From NCBI GenBank assembly GCA_937944405.1, contig CALDYR010000042.1:3107-67106 (forward strand): DNA of 64,000 bases, read 5' to 3'. The DNA comes from an uncultured Pirellulaceae bacterium (GTDB lineage Bacteria > Planctomycetota > Planctomycetia > Pirellulales > Pirellulaceae). A program made the position numbers and the translations under genes. The notes beneath the pieces were generated by a model that was not told the origin of the DNA, did not search any database, and saw only the letters and a program-made list of their open reading frames with translations. Below, in pieces: positions 1 through 10,377 of this stretch; the stretch's first letter is position 1, and every line of letters starts with the position of its first letter.

Positions 1-1
1 C

Positions 2-670
2 TTGACGGTGCTAACCGACGCCGAGGGAACCTTTGTTTTTGATGGTTTGAGTGCTGGGAATTACGAAGTAGCTCAGATTCAACCGGGTGATTTTGATGAC
101 GGGATCGACTCTGGCGATGCTTCCTTTATCGCCACCAACGACCGGTTCTCCAACATTCAGCTTGGCTTTGGCCAAACCTCTGAAAGCACGACTTTCGCTG
201 AGCGACTGACTGGCGCTTCGGGTAATCCTCCGCAACTGCCGAGTCTTCCATCGGTTGCGCGTTCCCCGATCAGCAATTTGATCAACAACGCACTTGCCGG
301 CCCGGGGCCGATCTACTCGGGTGTCCCGATCAACAGTAACGCTAACCCGTTGTCGCTTGACAGTGGCCTCCCGGTAACCGGCGGCTACGCGGTGACCGAT
401 TCGTTAGCGTCTGAGGATTGCGGATGTCCGGAACCGATCAATCCATGTTGTGAACCGACAGAATTCCACTCACAGGCGGTGGTTATTGAAGAAATGATTG
501 TTGATCAACCTGTTGAAGAAATGGACGTGGAAGTCGATAATGAGTGTTGCCCAGAGGAGACTCTGCTGGACAACGTGGAAGCGGATTGCGAAACGACGAT
601 TGATCCTTGTCATCAAGGCGTCGGTAATCCGGGGTTCTTAAAACGATTTGCCAACTGGTTGCGGAGATAG
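2..670 (+). CDS. C-terminal part of an SdrD-B/Cna-B-like repeat surface protein (5' partial) with an acidic Cys-rich tail
   Basis: Frame is open from the window edge. TDAEGTFVFDGLSAGNYEVAQIQP matches the SdrD-B/Cna-B pattern, followed by a Pro/Ser linker and a tail with 8 Cys. Confidence 0.7.
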   Translation: MTVLTDAEGTFVFDGLSAGNYEVAQIQPGDFDDGIDSGDASFIATNDRFSNIQLGFGQTSESTTFAERLTGASGNPPQLPSLPSVARSPISNLINNALAGPGPIYSGVPINSNANPLSLDSGLPVTGGYAVTDSLASEDCGCPEPINPCCEPTEFHSQAVVIEEMIVDQPVEEMDVEVDNECCPEETLLDNVEADCETTIDPCHQGVGNPGFLKRFANWLRR

Positions 671-673
671 ATT

Positions 674-928
674 TTGAAGAAACACGAATGGCGCGAAAAA
701 ACCGAATCGGGCGATACTCGTCTGGTTACCGTAACGCGTCATGCCGGCAAGTGGCAATTGCGGGCGCGGTTGAAGTCGGAACCCGAGTGGACCCATTTCC
801 CGAAGATCGCCTTGGACGATCTAGAGACGCTTCACGAGATTATTTCCCGAAAGTACCAACGCAATCGTGTACCACACGAACAGATTTTAGAAATTGAAGC
901 ACTGATTGCCGCCGCCTCACCAAGCTAA
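674..928 (+). CDS. Small conserved hypothetical protein (PVC-type)
   Basis: 84-aa ORF starting 3 nt after the upstream stop, with globular composition. It resembles, from recall, small PVC-superphylum hypotheticals. TTG start is uncertain. Confidence 0.6.
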   Translation: MKKHEWREKTESGDTRLVTVTRHAGKWQLRARLKSEPEWTHFPKIALDDLETLHEIISRKYQRNRVPHEQILEIEALIAAASPS

Positions 929-1114
929 GGGCAACCTTTTCGCAAAACGGTTGTTGTGAATGAAGTTGTCTCGGGTCAGTAATCAACCCGTTATCGCCAT
1001 TGGCGATTTGAGAAAGATGGGGAGCCTCTGTTCACTTTTAGTATGATGCCTTACCTTATGGGTCGTTTACCACTGTAACCAAAATCAACCACTAAGATTA
1101 CCAGGATTTTACTG

Positions 1115-1552
1115 ATGAAGAAATTGACTCAAATGGGCCTGCTGCTGTTAAGTTTGATGGTCGTGTTCGCCGGCTGTGACGCCGCCAAAGACGCTGCGAT
1201 GCAAGCCAAGGAAAAAGCCGCTGGCATGGCAGACATGGCCAACATTGACTTCGGTAGTTTCGACATATCGGGACTGAAGGAGAAAATAACCAGTGTCACC
1301 GATGGCTTTAAGGATGTCACCGCCGAAAATGTAGATGGTTTGACATCCAAGATCTCTGATCTCAGTGGCTCGGTTGGCGACATGGGAATTGGCGAACTGG
1401 CAGGGCCTGCGAAGACAGCGGTTAGTGGTATGATTTCTCAATTTTCGTCCGCCGTGACCACAGCGTTGGAAGGAATTTCTGACGAAGGCATTCTTGGCAA
1501 ACTGAAACCGGCTGTTGAAGGTTTGATGGAAAAACTGAAATCACTCCAATAA
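1115..1552 (+). CDS. Helical lipoprotein of unknown function
   Basis: Signal peptide MKKLTQMGLLLLSLMVV with lipobox FAG-C, amphipathic helical body, followed by a terminator. Confidence 0.8.
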   Translation: MKKLTQMGLLLLSLMVVFAGCDAAKDAAMQAKEKAAGMADMANIDFGSFDISGLKEKITSVTDGFKDVTAENVDGLTSKISDLSGSVGDMGIGELAGPAKTAVSGMISQFSSAVTTALEGISDEGILGKLKPAVEGLMEKLKSLQ

Positions 1553-1574
1553 GCGGTTACTCAATAACACGACC

Positions 1575-1607
1575 AACGGGGGTACCGACAGGTACCCCCG
1601 TTTTTTT
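1575..1607 (+). terminator. Intrinsic terminator
   Basis: Perfect 12-bp stem AACGGGGGTACC-gaca-GGTACCCCCGTT followed by a T run, 22 nt after the lipoprotein stop. Confidence 0.9.
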
Positions 1608-1681
1608 GCGCCGGTTCTGACGGTATCCAGTGATCGACGTTCTTTTTATCGCTTGAAAAACTTTCGCAACCGAAGGCTCCT

Positions 1682-2470
1682 ATGTCCGTCCCAAAGAAGA
1701 ATAGCGGAAGTGTTTTCGAGAAAATCCCGACCACCAAGCATGTGGAACCCGGAATCGCAACCGATCCCGATGAGTTCGAAAAAGTCGTTCGGTCTCGGCG
1801 CAGCGTGCGGGTTTATGGAGACGAACAAGTCCCAGAATCTGTGATGCGAAAATGTTTGGAATTGGCAACATTGGCTCCCAATTCCTCGAATCTGCAGTGC
1901 TGGGAATTTTATTGGGTTCGGGACGCCCACAAAAAATCGGAACTGGTCAAACTGTGCCTCGGCCAACCTGCAGCGGCTACGGCTCAGGAATTAGTTGTCT
2001 GTGTGGCGAGACTCGACACGTGGAAGCGGAATTCGAAACTGGTGCTGGAACACTTGGTCGCATCGGGAGAAATGGTGCCGGCGGCTAAACTACACTACCA
2101 GAGAAAGATTGTTCCTTTGGCTTACGGACAGGGCCCGTTTTATATTTTAGGGCCCTTTAAAAAATTAGTGATTGCGGTTTTAGGTTTATTCAAAGTCGTT
2201 CCGCGGGGCCCGGCCAGCAAAGCCGACATGAGGGTTTGGGCCCATAAATCTACCGCGCTCGCGTGTGAGAATCTTATGCTTTCTTTGCGAGCTTTTGGTA
2301 TGGACAGTTGCCCCATGGAAGGGATGGATGGACGAAGGATCCAAAAACTGCTCAATCTTCCGCGCACCGCAGAAATTTGCATGGTGATCTCAGCCGGGAA
2401 ACGCGCCCCTAACGGCGTGTATGACCAACAATTTCGCTGCAAAACGTCATTATTCGTTTTTGAAGTTTGA
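1682..2470 (+). CDS. Nitroreductase family protein
   Basis: RSRRSVRVY, LAPNSSNLQCWEF and AFGMDSCPMEGMD are the FMN-binding motifs of the nitroreductase fold. Confidence 0.9.
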   Translation: MSVPKKNSGSVFEKIPTTKHVEPGIATDPDEFEKVVRSRRSVRVYGDEQVPESVMRKCLELATLAPNSSNLQCWEFYWVRDAHKKSELVKLCLGQPAAATAQELVVCVARLDTWKRNSKLVLEHLVASGEMVPAAKLHYQRKIVPLAYGQGPFYILGPFKKLVIAVLGLFKVVPRGPASKADMRVWAHKSTALACENLMLSLRAFGMDSCPMEGMDGRRIQKLLNLPRTAEICMVISAGKRAPNGVYDQQFRCKTSLFVFEV

Positions 2471-3153
2471 TCAGCAGGTCGGCGCTGAGCCCGCTTTTCG
2501 GCCATTGGCCCAGTCGCGTCGAATGAACGGTGTGTCGGCGTAGTACGGTGGCAATTCGACATCTTCAGCGGCGATCGGTTGTAGCGGGTCGCGTCTCCAC
2601 GGTCGGTGCGTGCCGGTGTAAGTGATGCGGGCAAAGAAAGGCTGGTCGGGCTTCCGTTCATTCCAATCGTGGCCCATAAACAGCTCCGGTTGTTTATCCG
2701 GCAAACAGTTGCAATCCGTCTTCCAGCTCATTAGGCACGTGAAATACCCCACACCGGCCAACAAATGTGGGATCGGCCGAATGCCATGCCGTATGGCAGC
2801 GGTTTTTTATCAGCGGTGCGATGTTGATGGGCACCAATATAGTTTTGGTGAAACCCTGTCATCATCACCGATCGCAGTGTTGGACAAACCGGCGAAGTGG
2901 TAAAGGCGCGATTGTATCGCACACCTTGGGCTACTAAATTGTCGACGTGGGGCGTTTGAATGCCCGGCGTTCCGTAACACGAAAGATCGGGTGACCAATC
3001 TTCGATCGTAATCCATAAAATGTTGGGGCGATTCCCTTGGTCTGCATAGGCCTGTTTTGCGTCTTGCAGCAGCAGTCCCAACAGCCCCACCAACCATCCA
3101 AAAATAATCGCCACAGACAACTTCCGCGGCACCATATTGTTTCTAGCATGCAT
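2471..3153 (-). pseudogene. Sulfatase pseudogene (frameshifted and 3'-truncated)
   Basis: Signal peptide, then RPNILWITIEDWSPDLSCYG..TPHVD..GVRYNRAF. The motif is degraded to CPTLR instead of CxPxR. A 5-bp duplication at 2781-2790 shifts the frame. The second fragment (..PFFARITYTGTHRPW..PPYYADTPFIRRDWANG) breaks off near 2501, so roughly the C-terminal half is missing. Confidence 0.85.
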
Positions 3154-3336
3154 GGAATTAAGCCTTACCTTTGCAAAAGTGTTTCTTCAACACGGGCGCC
3201 GATGGTTTCGGTTTCGCCATCATAGAAACCGATGCCGCCGAAACAAAGGATGGAGACGCCGAGGATTTCTACCGCGTCCAACGAATCAGTGATTGCAATT
3301 CGCAGTGAACGCGGAATCAAAAAAACCAAAACCGAT

Positions 3337-6300
3337 TCAGCGCCCATCGGATTGAACCCGCACGATCGCCAGCACATCTTGATCGTCGGATTTACCAGAA
3401 TCAAGTGTGACTGCGCTGCCCCCAGAAACAGTTGAAGTCGCTTCTCCAACGATGCTTTCTCCGGTCGCCGGGTCAAACCATGTTACGGAGTATTGGCCTT
3501 GGGCCGAAGTCAAATCTAATTGTGTTGAACCTGCGTGGGGCAAATAAACTAAATAAACATCACCGGATTTCGCTAAACAGTATTTTTTATTGGAGAACTT
3601 TGGGTTGCCCACCAACTCATCTGCAGGTGCCATGTCCTGTAAGGGGATGTCGTTATTGGCGAAAAAATCCAAACAGATCCGGCAGTAATCCCAACTCTGA
3701 TCGCGCGAGCGCCAATCTTCGCACCTCAAATCGTTTTCAGCAAATTTATACCCAAAGTAGTATTCCACTCCCGCGCCGCCCCCCATCACGTTGCCCCATA
3801 AGGTTTGTCTGCGAACGCGATGTTGATCGTAGATGTACTGCCCCGTGTCATCTCTACCATCAAATCCAGCATAACCAAGATCAGGACATTGCCCGTGTCC
3901 GGCAGATCCTGATTCGTCAAACGCGACGACCCAAGGTCTACCTGCCGCCTCCGACGCTCGCACCCATTTAACGGTCTGCCAATGCGTATCTTTGATGTGG
4001 CTGTTCTGCAAAGAGACGCCGGTTAGTTCTGATTTATCACCGATCAAGCGGTTGTAAATTTTATCTTGCTGGCCGGGATAGGTGTGCAGCACGACGTGGT
4101 GATCGTAAGGATCGGTTTGGCTGATATAGTGGCTCATGTCGATTTGTTGCCGCGTTGATTGTGTGTTCTCTTCTCCAAGATTCCAGTTCAGGGCCAGATT
4201 ATGACCGAACCGAGCCACCATTTCTCGCAGATACAGTTTTCGTTGCACTCCAAGATTCCCCCCGTCAAGCGAAGTCGGCGTCCAAGCCTTTTTTTTCTTA
4301 TGCCCGCCACGATGGTCATCGTTTTCCGTTTCTTGTAGTTTGAAATGCAGGTACATCCCTTGGGCTGTGCCATGGTCAAACACTATGCCCCACTGATCAA
4401 GCTTACTGCAGTCGTAGTGAAGTTTGTCATCGCGTTGTACAAACGGCCAAACGTTATCACCATCGCCGCCGGCGTTGTACGTCAAGAACGAAAACGCATT
4501 ACAGCCCTTGCCGGACAAATAATTCACCGCACCGATCAAACCTTTTCCTTTGCCATCTTTCCACGTAGGGTCACCAACCTGCCAGTCGCGAAGATGCCGG
4601 GTGAACGTTTTCAGCGGGACGTTCTCCTTCCGGGCGCTCGTACCGTCGAAATCAGCATAGCCCAATAAAGTCTCCGGCGCATCGGCACCGGCTTTTAAAA
4701 AGTACTTCCCCGATCCAACATGTTGCAGGTAACGTTTGCCGACATACTTCAACCGCCCGGCGCTGCGAAAGTCGCTTGCTGGTTTGTCTGAGGCATCGAC
4801 GACCAATTGGCCGCGGGTCTCAAACATCGGTTCGACAGCAGCCTCAGCGTCAATCGCCGCTTGCTTTCCTTTGACGATCGAGGCGGTGAATGTCCACAAA
4901 CCGGTGCGGTCAGGTGCAAAATTAGTCCGCCACTGCGTCCCGGAATTTGCCGACGATTGAGCCGCATTGCCGTCGGCGGCAAAATAGCCGGGCACAACAT
5001 AAGTTGTGCCATCACTGTGCGTGAATTTTGTCTCCATGCGAATGTCGATAAACGGATTGGGATCGTTATCGTGTTCATGAGCGAATGGACCGTTCATGGT
5101 CAAACTGATTTTGTGCCATTGCCTCAATTCCCCCGTTACGCGTACCGTTCCGTCACCATCAGGTTGACGCGGACCGGTCAGCGGTCGTTGGCTGACCGGA
5201 TGGGTTGGACTGGTGGTGAAGTCTCGGTCCGAGTTTTGCGCGCCTGCTTTTTTCGATTTCACATTTTCAGGTTTCACATTTTCAGGTTTCACAGACTTCT
5301 TAGCCGCAGCACCGGTTTGAGCACGCACAAATTCGGCCCACTGGGTTCGAGTTGCATCATCAGCAGGCTTAAACGCGAGTGCTTCCCACCGAGCGCGGCT
5401 GTACTCTTGACCGTCGGTCGAAGCGATCGTCGATTTCACGATTACCGTTTCGTGGTCTTTGATGTTCAAAGATTTCCACTGGCGGTGATACTTTTCTCCC
5501 GTTTCAAACGTGTTGGTAGACAACGGGCAAGTGTAGGTGTCCAGTTTCAGATCACCGATGGTCACATTAAACGTTGACGCCCCATCGTTTTCGCCGACCG
5601 TCTGCAACACCACGTCATAAACTCCTGCTGGAATCGGCAAAACAATCGTTGCGGCGGCCGATTGGTGTTTATCTGGATCGATTGCGAGCCACTTTTTTTG
5701 ATCAACGTAGTAATTCGATGCGCTGATGGAAAATTTAGTCGCTCTGATTACCATGCCATCGGCGGTTAACGCGGCTGTTTTTTTCTTGCGTGTTTTCTTT
5801 GCCTTAGCCGGAGCTGAAACCGCAGGAACTGCGACCAATGGAAACTTGGGGAGGTCCGAAGCGTTACTGGTCGAAACGGGGCCCGCGTCCAAGGGGCGGT
5901 GAAAGTCGCGGTCACGGGTCATCAACCACTTATCAAATTCGAATCCGTCTTCGCGCATCGAGAAATGAATCGTATGAATACCTTCGGTCGGGACGTCTAA
6001 GAAGATTTTATGGGGCTCGCCGCAATGGACTCTTCCGGTGCGTTGTTTGCTTTCCCACCACCATTGCTGTTTGCCTTCACACCACTGTAGTCGCTGCCCG
6101 CTCTCAGGCCACGATCCATCGATTCCCACATGCAGGCCGTTGTCTTCGCTGTTGCTGGAATAGGCGCGCACCCACACAAAGTATCGGCCGGGAGTGGAAA
6201 AATTTACCTTATAAGAGACGACCGCGGCTTTGCCGGGTTGATTAGTAAAGTTTCTTCCCGGTCGCAGTTCTTCCCCGTGGTTTCGGCGGGTGTCAGGTAA

Positions 6301-6636
6301 AATCTCTAAATAAGCGCCGTTGCTGGCTCCTCCGACATGTGGTGGGTCGCCATCGGGCTCAAATTTGGGAACCGTATCGGAGTTGGTTAAGTAAAACGCG
6401 CGTGTGTCCACAAGTTCTTGTTGAAAGAAATGCTCCGCCTCAACCGCGACCAAGCCATCGACTTCATTGAAGTGGGTCGACGGTTCGACGATCGGATCGA
6501 AACTGCCTTGCCCGTTCGCGCGTTGCCCCAATCCCAAATTGACGATGCATCCAGCGATCAGTAGGGCCAGCAAGCGGCTCAAACGATTGGACAAGAAAAA
6601 ACAGATCATCGCGTTCATCATTTTTTGTCTCTGCAA
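3337..6636 (-). CDS. Secreted multidomain DUF5060 / glycoside-hydrolase-like TIM barrel / C-terminal collagen-binding-like protein
   Basis: N-terminal signal-like segment; VAVEAEHF carbohydrate-binding-type module; DUF5060-like [35 protein letters not shown]; barrel with WNLGEEN and FDESG; C-terminal [17 protein letters not shown]. Confidence 0.75.
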   Translation of the reverse strand: MQRQKMMNAMICFFLSNRLSRLLALLIAGCIVNLGLGQRANGQGSFDPIVEPSTHFNEVDGLVAVEAEHFFQQELVDTRAFYLTNSDTVPKFEPDGDPPHVGGASNGAYLEILPDTRRNHGEELRPGRNFTNQPGKAAVVSYKVNFSTPGRYFVWVRAYSSNSEDNGLHVGIDGSWPESGQRLQWCEGKQQWWWESKQRTGRVHCGEPHKIFLDVPTEGIHTIHFSMREDGFEFDKWLMTRDRDFHRPLDAGPVSTSNASDLPKFPLVAVPAVSAPAKAKKTRKKKTAALTADGMVIRATKFSISASNYYVDQKKWLAIDPDKHQSAAATIVLPIPAGVYDVVLQTVGENDGASTFNVTIGDLKLDTYTCPLSTNTFETGEKYHRQWKSLNIKDHETVIVKSTIASTDGQEYSRARWEALAFKPADDATRTQWAEFVRAQTGAAAKKSVKPENVKPENVKSKKAGAQNSDRDFTTSPTHPVSQRPLTGPRQPDGDGTVRVTGELRQWHKISLTMNGPFAHEHDNDPNPFIDIRMETKFTHSDGTTYVVPGYFAADGNAAQSSANSGTQWRTNFAPDRTGLWTFTASIVKGKQAAIDAEAAVEPMFETRGQLVVDASDKPASDFRSAGRLKYVGKRYLQHVGSGKYFLKAGADAPETLLGYADFDGTSARKENVPLKTFTRHLRDWQVGDPTWKDGKGKGLIGAVNYLSGKGCNAFSFLTYNAGGDGDNVWPFVQRDDKLHYDCSKLDQWGIVFDHGTAQGMYLHFKLQETENDDHRGGHKKKKAWTPTSLDGGNLGVQRKLYLREMVARFGHNLALNWNLGEENTQSTRQQIDMSHYISQTDPYDHHVVLHTYPGQQDKIYNRLIGDKSELTGVSLQNSHIKDTHWQTVKWVRASEAAGRPWVVAFDESGSAGHGQCPDLGYAGFDGRDDTGQYIYDQHRVRRQTLWGNVMGGGAGVEYYFGYKFAENDLRCEDWRSRDQSWDYCRICLDFFANNDIPLQDMAPADELVGNPKFSNKKYCLAKSGDVYLVYLPHAGSTQLDLTSAQGQYSVTWFDPATGESIVGEATSTVSGGSAVTLDSGKSDDQDVLAIVRVQSDGR
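5257..5293. repeat. 15-bp tandem repeat x2.5 (encodes KPENV repeats)
   Basis: TTTCACATTTTCAGG twice plus a partial third copy, in a linker of the DUF5060 protein. Confidence 0.9.
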
Positions 6637-6921
6637 TTTGGTTTAAAACAAGGCCAATAAACAAGGCCATTATCAACGGCTTTGATTTCACTACTCAAGT
6701 TAACATATCGCAAGCCCGGTTCGATAGTTTCACGGCCCGGTTCTCTGCAAAGTTATTTCGAGAGCTCACCAGAAAGTTTATGAGAAAACTGTCTTCCGAC
6801 GGTTTGAAAAACTTCGTGGCAAGGGGGCGTTTTCTTTCGCGGCACAGGCTGTTTGACAAATCCAAGCCGATCGGGGACAACTTAACCTCCCTCCACATAC
6901 TTCTCTACCGAAAGACATCTG

Positions 6922-7956
6922 ATGCCGCTCGCTTCTCCCCCCACGGACTGGGTGCGCGCTGTTCGCGCCACGTTAAAAGATGCCGATCAGGATTTCCACC
7001 AAGTCAAACCGCTAATCTACTGGCGGGACATGATCACCAGCGGTGTCATCGCTTACGCTTCGGCGGCGGTATTCATTTCGGCCCCCGCGTTTTCGATCTG
7101 GCAGATCGCGGGTTACCTGTTGGCTTCATTTTGGCTGTACCGTGTCGGTTCTCTTGTTCATGAGGTCGCCCATCTTGGTGGCCACGAACAGACGTCGTTT
7201 AAGGTCGCTTGGAATTTGTTAATTGGCATCCCAACGCTGACGCCATCTACGTTTTTCACTGGCCATCATCGCGACCATCACTCGCAAAAATTCTACGGGA
7301 CTCCCGCCGACCCCGAATACGTCGTCAACGTTTGCCAGCGTGGCAGCATCGTCAATCTGGTGCTTTATTTCGCGTTCGTGGCGATCTTTCCACTGATCGT
7401 GTTTCTGCGATTTTTGTTGGCGCCGCTGACGTTTATCACCCCAGGAGTGCGTGAATTTACACTCCGCCGTCTTTCCGCGCTCACGTTTAACTACCAGTAT
7501 CAGCGTTCTATCAGTACCATCCATCGAAAACGATTTGCGTGGCTGGAACTGGCGTGCTGTGCCCGCGCGATGTTGATTCCTCTGGTGATCGTGGTCGGCA
7601 TTCGTCCTTGGACGCACATGTTGATGTTGTATTCTTTAGGAGCGACGGTGGTAATTTTAAACCAATTACGTCAACTGGCGGACCATCACTTCGAAGGCGA
7701 CGGCAACCGGTTGAGTGTGTCGGATCACATCATGGATTCATGCAACTACGTGGGCCGCGACCCGTTGACTTGGCTGTTCTTTCCATTTGCGATTCAGTAT
7801 CACGCGCTGCATCACATGTTCCCTTCGTTGCCCTATCACAATTTAGGGTTCGCTCATCACTATTTGATGAAAGAACTGCCCATCGATTCCCCTTACCGTG
7901 ACCTCGTCCAACCGGGGTGGTGGTCGGTGGCCGTGAAGATGTTGCGGCGGGGTTAG
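6922..7956 (+). CDS. Membrane fatty acid desaturase family protein
   Basis: Three His boxes (HEVAH, HHRDHH, QYHALHH) with intervening transmembrane segments. Confidence 0.9.
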   Translation: MPLASPPTDWVRAVRATLKDADQDFHQVKPLIYWRDMITSGVIAYASAAVFISAPAFSIWQIAGYLLASFWLYRVGSLVHEVAHLGGHEQTSFKVAWNLLIGIPTLTPSTFFTGHHRDHHSQKFYGTPADPEYVVNVCQRGSIVNLVLYFAFVAIFPLIVFLRFLLAPLTFITPGVREFTLRRLSALTFNYQYQRSISTIHRKRFAWLELACCARAMLIPLVIVVGIRPWTHMLMLYSLGATVVILNQLRQLADHHFEGDGNRLSVSDHIMDSCNYVGRDPLTWLFFPFAIQYHALHHMFPSLPYHNLGFAHHYLMKELPIDSPYRDLVQPGWWSVAVKMLRRG

Positions 7957-7985
7957 ACACGTGCCAAACGCAGCAAAATAAAATA

Positions 7986-10211
7986 CTAGATTGACACGAT
8001 CAGTTGATACATTTCGTCCGTCGTGGTTGCCGCCAGTAAACGCTCGCGACGCGATTCCGATCCAACCAATCGCGCAATGTAAGAAAGATGTTCGAGATGG
8101 GCCTTAGGGTCTCTTGTTGGGCTTAACAGCAAAAACACGATCTCCACCGGTCGATCAGTCAATGGGCACATCAGGGATTCCCTAGAACGGGTCACCATCA
8201 ATACAGATCGTTTGATGTGGGGCGACCAATAATGCGGCATCGCAATCCCGTGCCCCAGCAGACTGGAGTACTCCTGTTCGCGTTTCCAAATATCGGCCAA
8301 CGTTGATTCGGGATCAATACTATAAGATTGGCGTTTTAAATGAATCAGCATCTCGCGATACAGTTCCACCAGTTCCGCTTGGTTGGACTGGGTAACATTG
8401 AATGGAATCAACGGCAGCGCACATTGATGTTGACCGCGCCGCAAATCATAAACCAGCGACTGGTCCCCGGCGTTATACGTCTCCTGTTCACCTAGCAACA
8501 AACCGACATCTGGACGCACCGTTAGCAAAACATGCGATTGGTCCGCGTTGTTTTCAGACAACATTGCCCCTCCCGCGTTTGGGTGGTCGTTAGTTTGAAA
8601 TTGTCGCGTCGAAAGCGGAGGCAATTCGCAGTCTGGCTGCATCCATCGGCTTAATGGTATTTCGCCCCAAACCGCTTTGCCAACTAAGAGATGCCGGTTT
8701 TCATCTGATTCGTACCCCGTTTTCTCCCACCGATAGAGCGATTTGGGATTGAGCATTTCGGCCCAACGTTGACAAACGATGCGATTCAAATCCTGATTGG
8801 TCGTGATTGCCAATAGGTTTCCACACGAGTAGAGTTCGGCGTGATTGTCTGGATTCATTAGGGTCGCGTCTTGATGGATTGCCACCAACCCCTCTCGACG
8901 TGCGCCCCTGACCTCACGCGGGTTGGTATCCACCAACACCACATCCAAATTCTGCCGGGTGAGAAAATCGGCAATACTCCTACCCATCGCGTGGGCCCCG
9001 ACGATGATCCATCCTTGGGGGGCTGGCCGGACCACCCCCAGATACCGACCGACCACGCCGGCGGTCAGTCCCTGCACCAAAACCGTTCCCGCGATGACCG
9101 AATAAGTAAAGGTCTCCAAAAATTGAGCTTGCGTGGAATCGCGATGGGACAACTCCAGCGCAAACACAGACGCCATCGACGCCGCCACAATTCCGCGCGG
9201 CGCGATCCAACTGAGAAACAGTTTCTCTTTTACCGTGACGGGGCTGAACATCAACGACAGAAACACATTCAATGGCCTAACGATTAACATCAGGGCAATG
9301 ACAACCAGTGCCAGTTTCCACCCGAAAGCCACAAACGAGTACAGATCAAGATTTGCCGCCAGTAAAATAAACAACAGCCCGATCAAGAAATCTTTTAGCT
9401 CAACCTTATAGCTGACAATGTCGCGCAAATGCACTGACGTCTGGCTTCCCAAGACCAGCCCAGCCACCGTCACGCTCAACAAACCGCATTCCGCGATCAC
9501 AAGATCGGCGATCGCAAAGTTCAACATGGCCATGGCCAAGACGAATATGTTGGTGTGTCCTTTGTCGATCCAGTTTCGCTTTAGTATCCAGTGTAACGTA
9601 TAACCGAACACGATCCCAACAATCGCGCCGGCGGTGAACCTAAGCAAAAAATCTAGGACCGGCGATTCATGACCGCTGCCGGTGCTGACGTAAAACTCGT
9701 AGCTCAACAATGCGATGAACACACCGATCGGGTCAATCAGCACGCCCTCCCAGTGCAGAATATGGTGTAAATTTTTGGTCACGTTAATTCGATGCAGCAG
9801 CGGCCCGATTACCGTCGGGCCGGTCACAATCACCAAACTTGCCGCCAAAAAACAAAACGGCCAATCAAAATCAAAGATCAACTTTAATAACGCCGTAGTT
9901 CCCAGCCACGTCACCAAAACGCCGACCGTTAGGATGCTTAGAATCTCGCGTCCGACGCTACGGTAGCCCTTTAGATCGAGTGTCAATCCGCCTTCAAAGA
10001 GGATGATTCCGACCGCTAACGAGATAATCGTCCCCAGCCCGTCGCCCAGTACATCGGGCTTCACCCAGCCCAAGACCTGCGGTCCGACCAGCACACCACC
10101 GAGCAGCAACACCACAATCGCTGAGGTGCGAAAATGAGCCGCCAGCGTCGTCAGCCCTACGCCCACCGCCGCCGCGATCGTAAACGTCGTTAAAATTTCT
10201 TGACCGTGCAT
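7986..10211 (-). CDS. Cation/H+ antiporter (CPA1/NhaP-like) fused to RCK/TrkA-N and PTS EIIA domains
   Basis: About 12 TM helices with LFEGGL, VTGPTV, WEGVLIDPIG and PRGIVAAS; Rossmann WIIVGAHAMG; C-terminal HGIAMPHY..IVFLLLSP..HLEHLSYIARL (EIIA phospho-His motif). Confidence 0.88.
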   Translation of the reverse strand: MHGQEILTTFTIAAAVGVGLTTLAAHFRTSAIVVLLLGGVLVGPQVLGWVKPDVLGDGLGTIISLAVGIILFEGGLTLDLKGYRSVGREILSILTVGVLVTWLGTTALLKLIFDFDWPFCFLAASLVIVTGPTVIGPLLHRINVTKNLHHILHWEGVLIDPIGVFIALLSYEFYVSTGSGHESPVLDFLLRFTAGAIVGIVFGYTLHWILKRNWIDKGHTNIFVLAMAMLNFAIADLVIAECGLLSVTVAGLVLGSQTSVHLRDIVSYKVELKDFLIGLLFILLAANLDLYSFVAFGWKLALVVIALMLIVRPLNVFLSLMFSPVTVKEKLFLSWIAPRGIVAASMASVFALELSHRDSTQAQFLETFTYSVIAGTVLVQGLTAGVVGRYLGVVRPAPQGWIIVGAHAMGRSIADFLTRQNLDVVLVDTNPREVRGARREGLVAIHQDATLMNPDNHAELYSCGNLLAITTNQDLNRIVCQRWAEMLNPKSLYRWEKTGYESDENRHLLVGKAVWGEIPLSRWMQPDCELPPLSTRQFQTNDHPNAGGAMLSENNADQSHVLLTVRPDVGLLLGEQETYNAGDQSLVYDLRRGQHQCALPLIPFNVTQSNQAELVELYREMLIHLKRQSYSIDPESTLADIWKREQEYSSLLGHGIAMPHYWSPHIKRSVLMVTRSRESLMCPLTDRPVEIVFLLLSPTRDPKAHLEHLSYIARLVGSESRRERLLAATTTDEMYQLIVSI

Positions 10212-10377
10212 CGCGGACCTTGCCGTTTATCGCCAACCTTTGTGGATCACTAATGATGCGGTTATTGTAAGGGCGATGTATCGGTGTCCAAAAGTAGTCG
10301 CCGATCAATTTTATGATTCCGTTTTGGTGAAAATGGCGAAACGATCGGCAAGGATCCTCGACACCACGCAGCGACGT

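Noticed and set aside
3165-3476. 103-aa minus-strand ORF between the DUF5060 gene and the sulfatase
   Set aside because: It overlaps the 3' end of the DUF5060 gene by 140 nt in another frame and has no recognisable motif. Probably spurious.
4807-5577. Long antisense or alternate-frame ORFs (for example 4807-5577, 21166-21981, 37002-37661, 59715-60131)
   Set aside because: They lie entirely within well-supported genes and have no family motifs, as expected for shadow ORFs of GC-biased codon usage.
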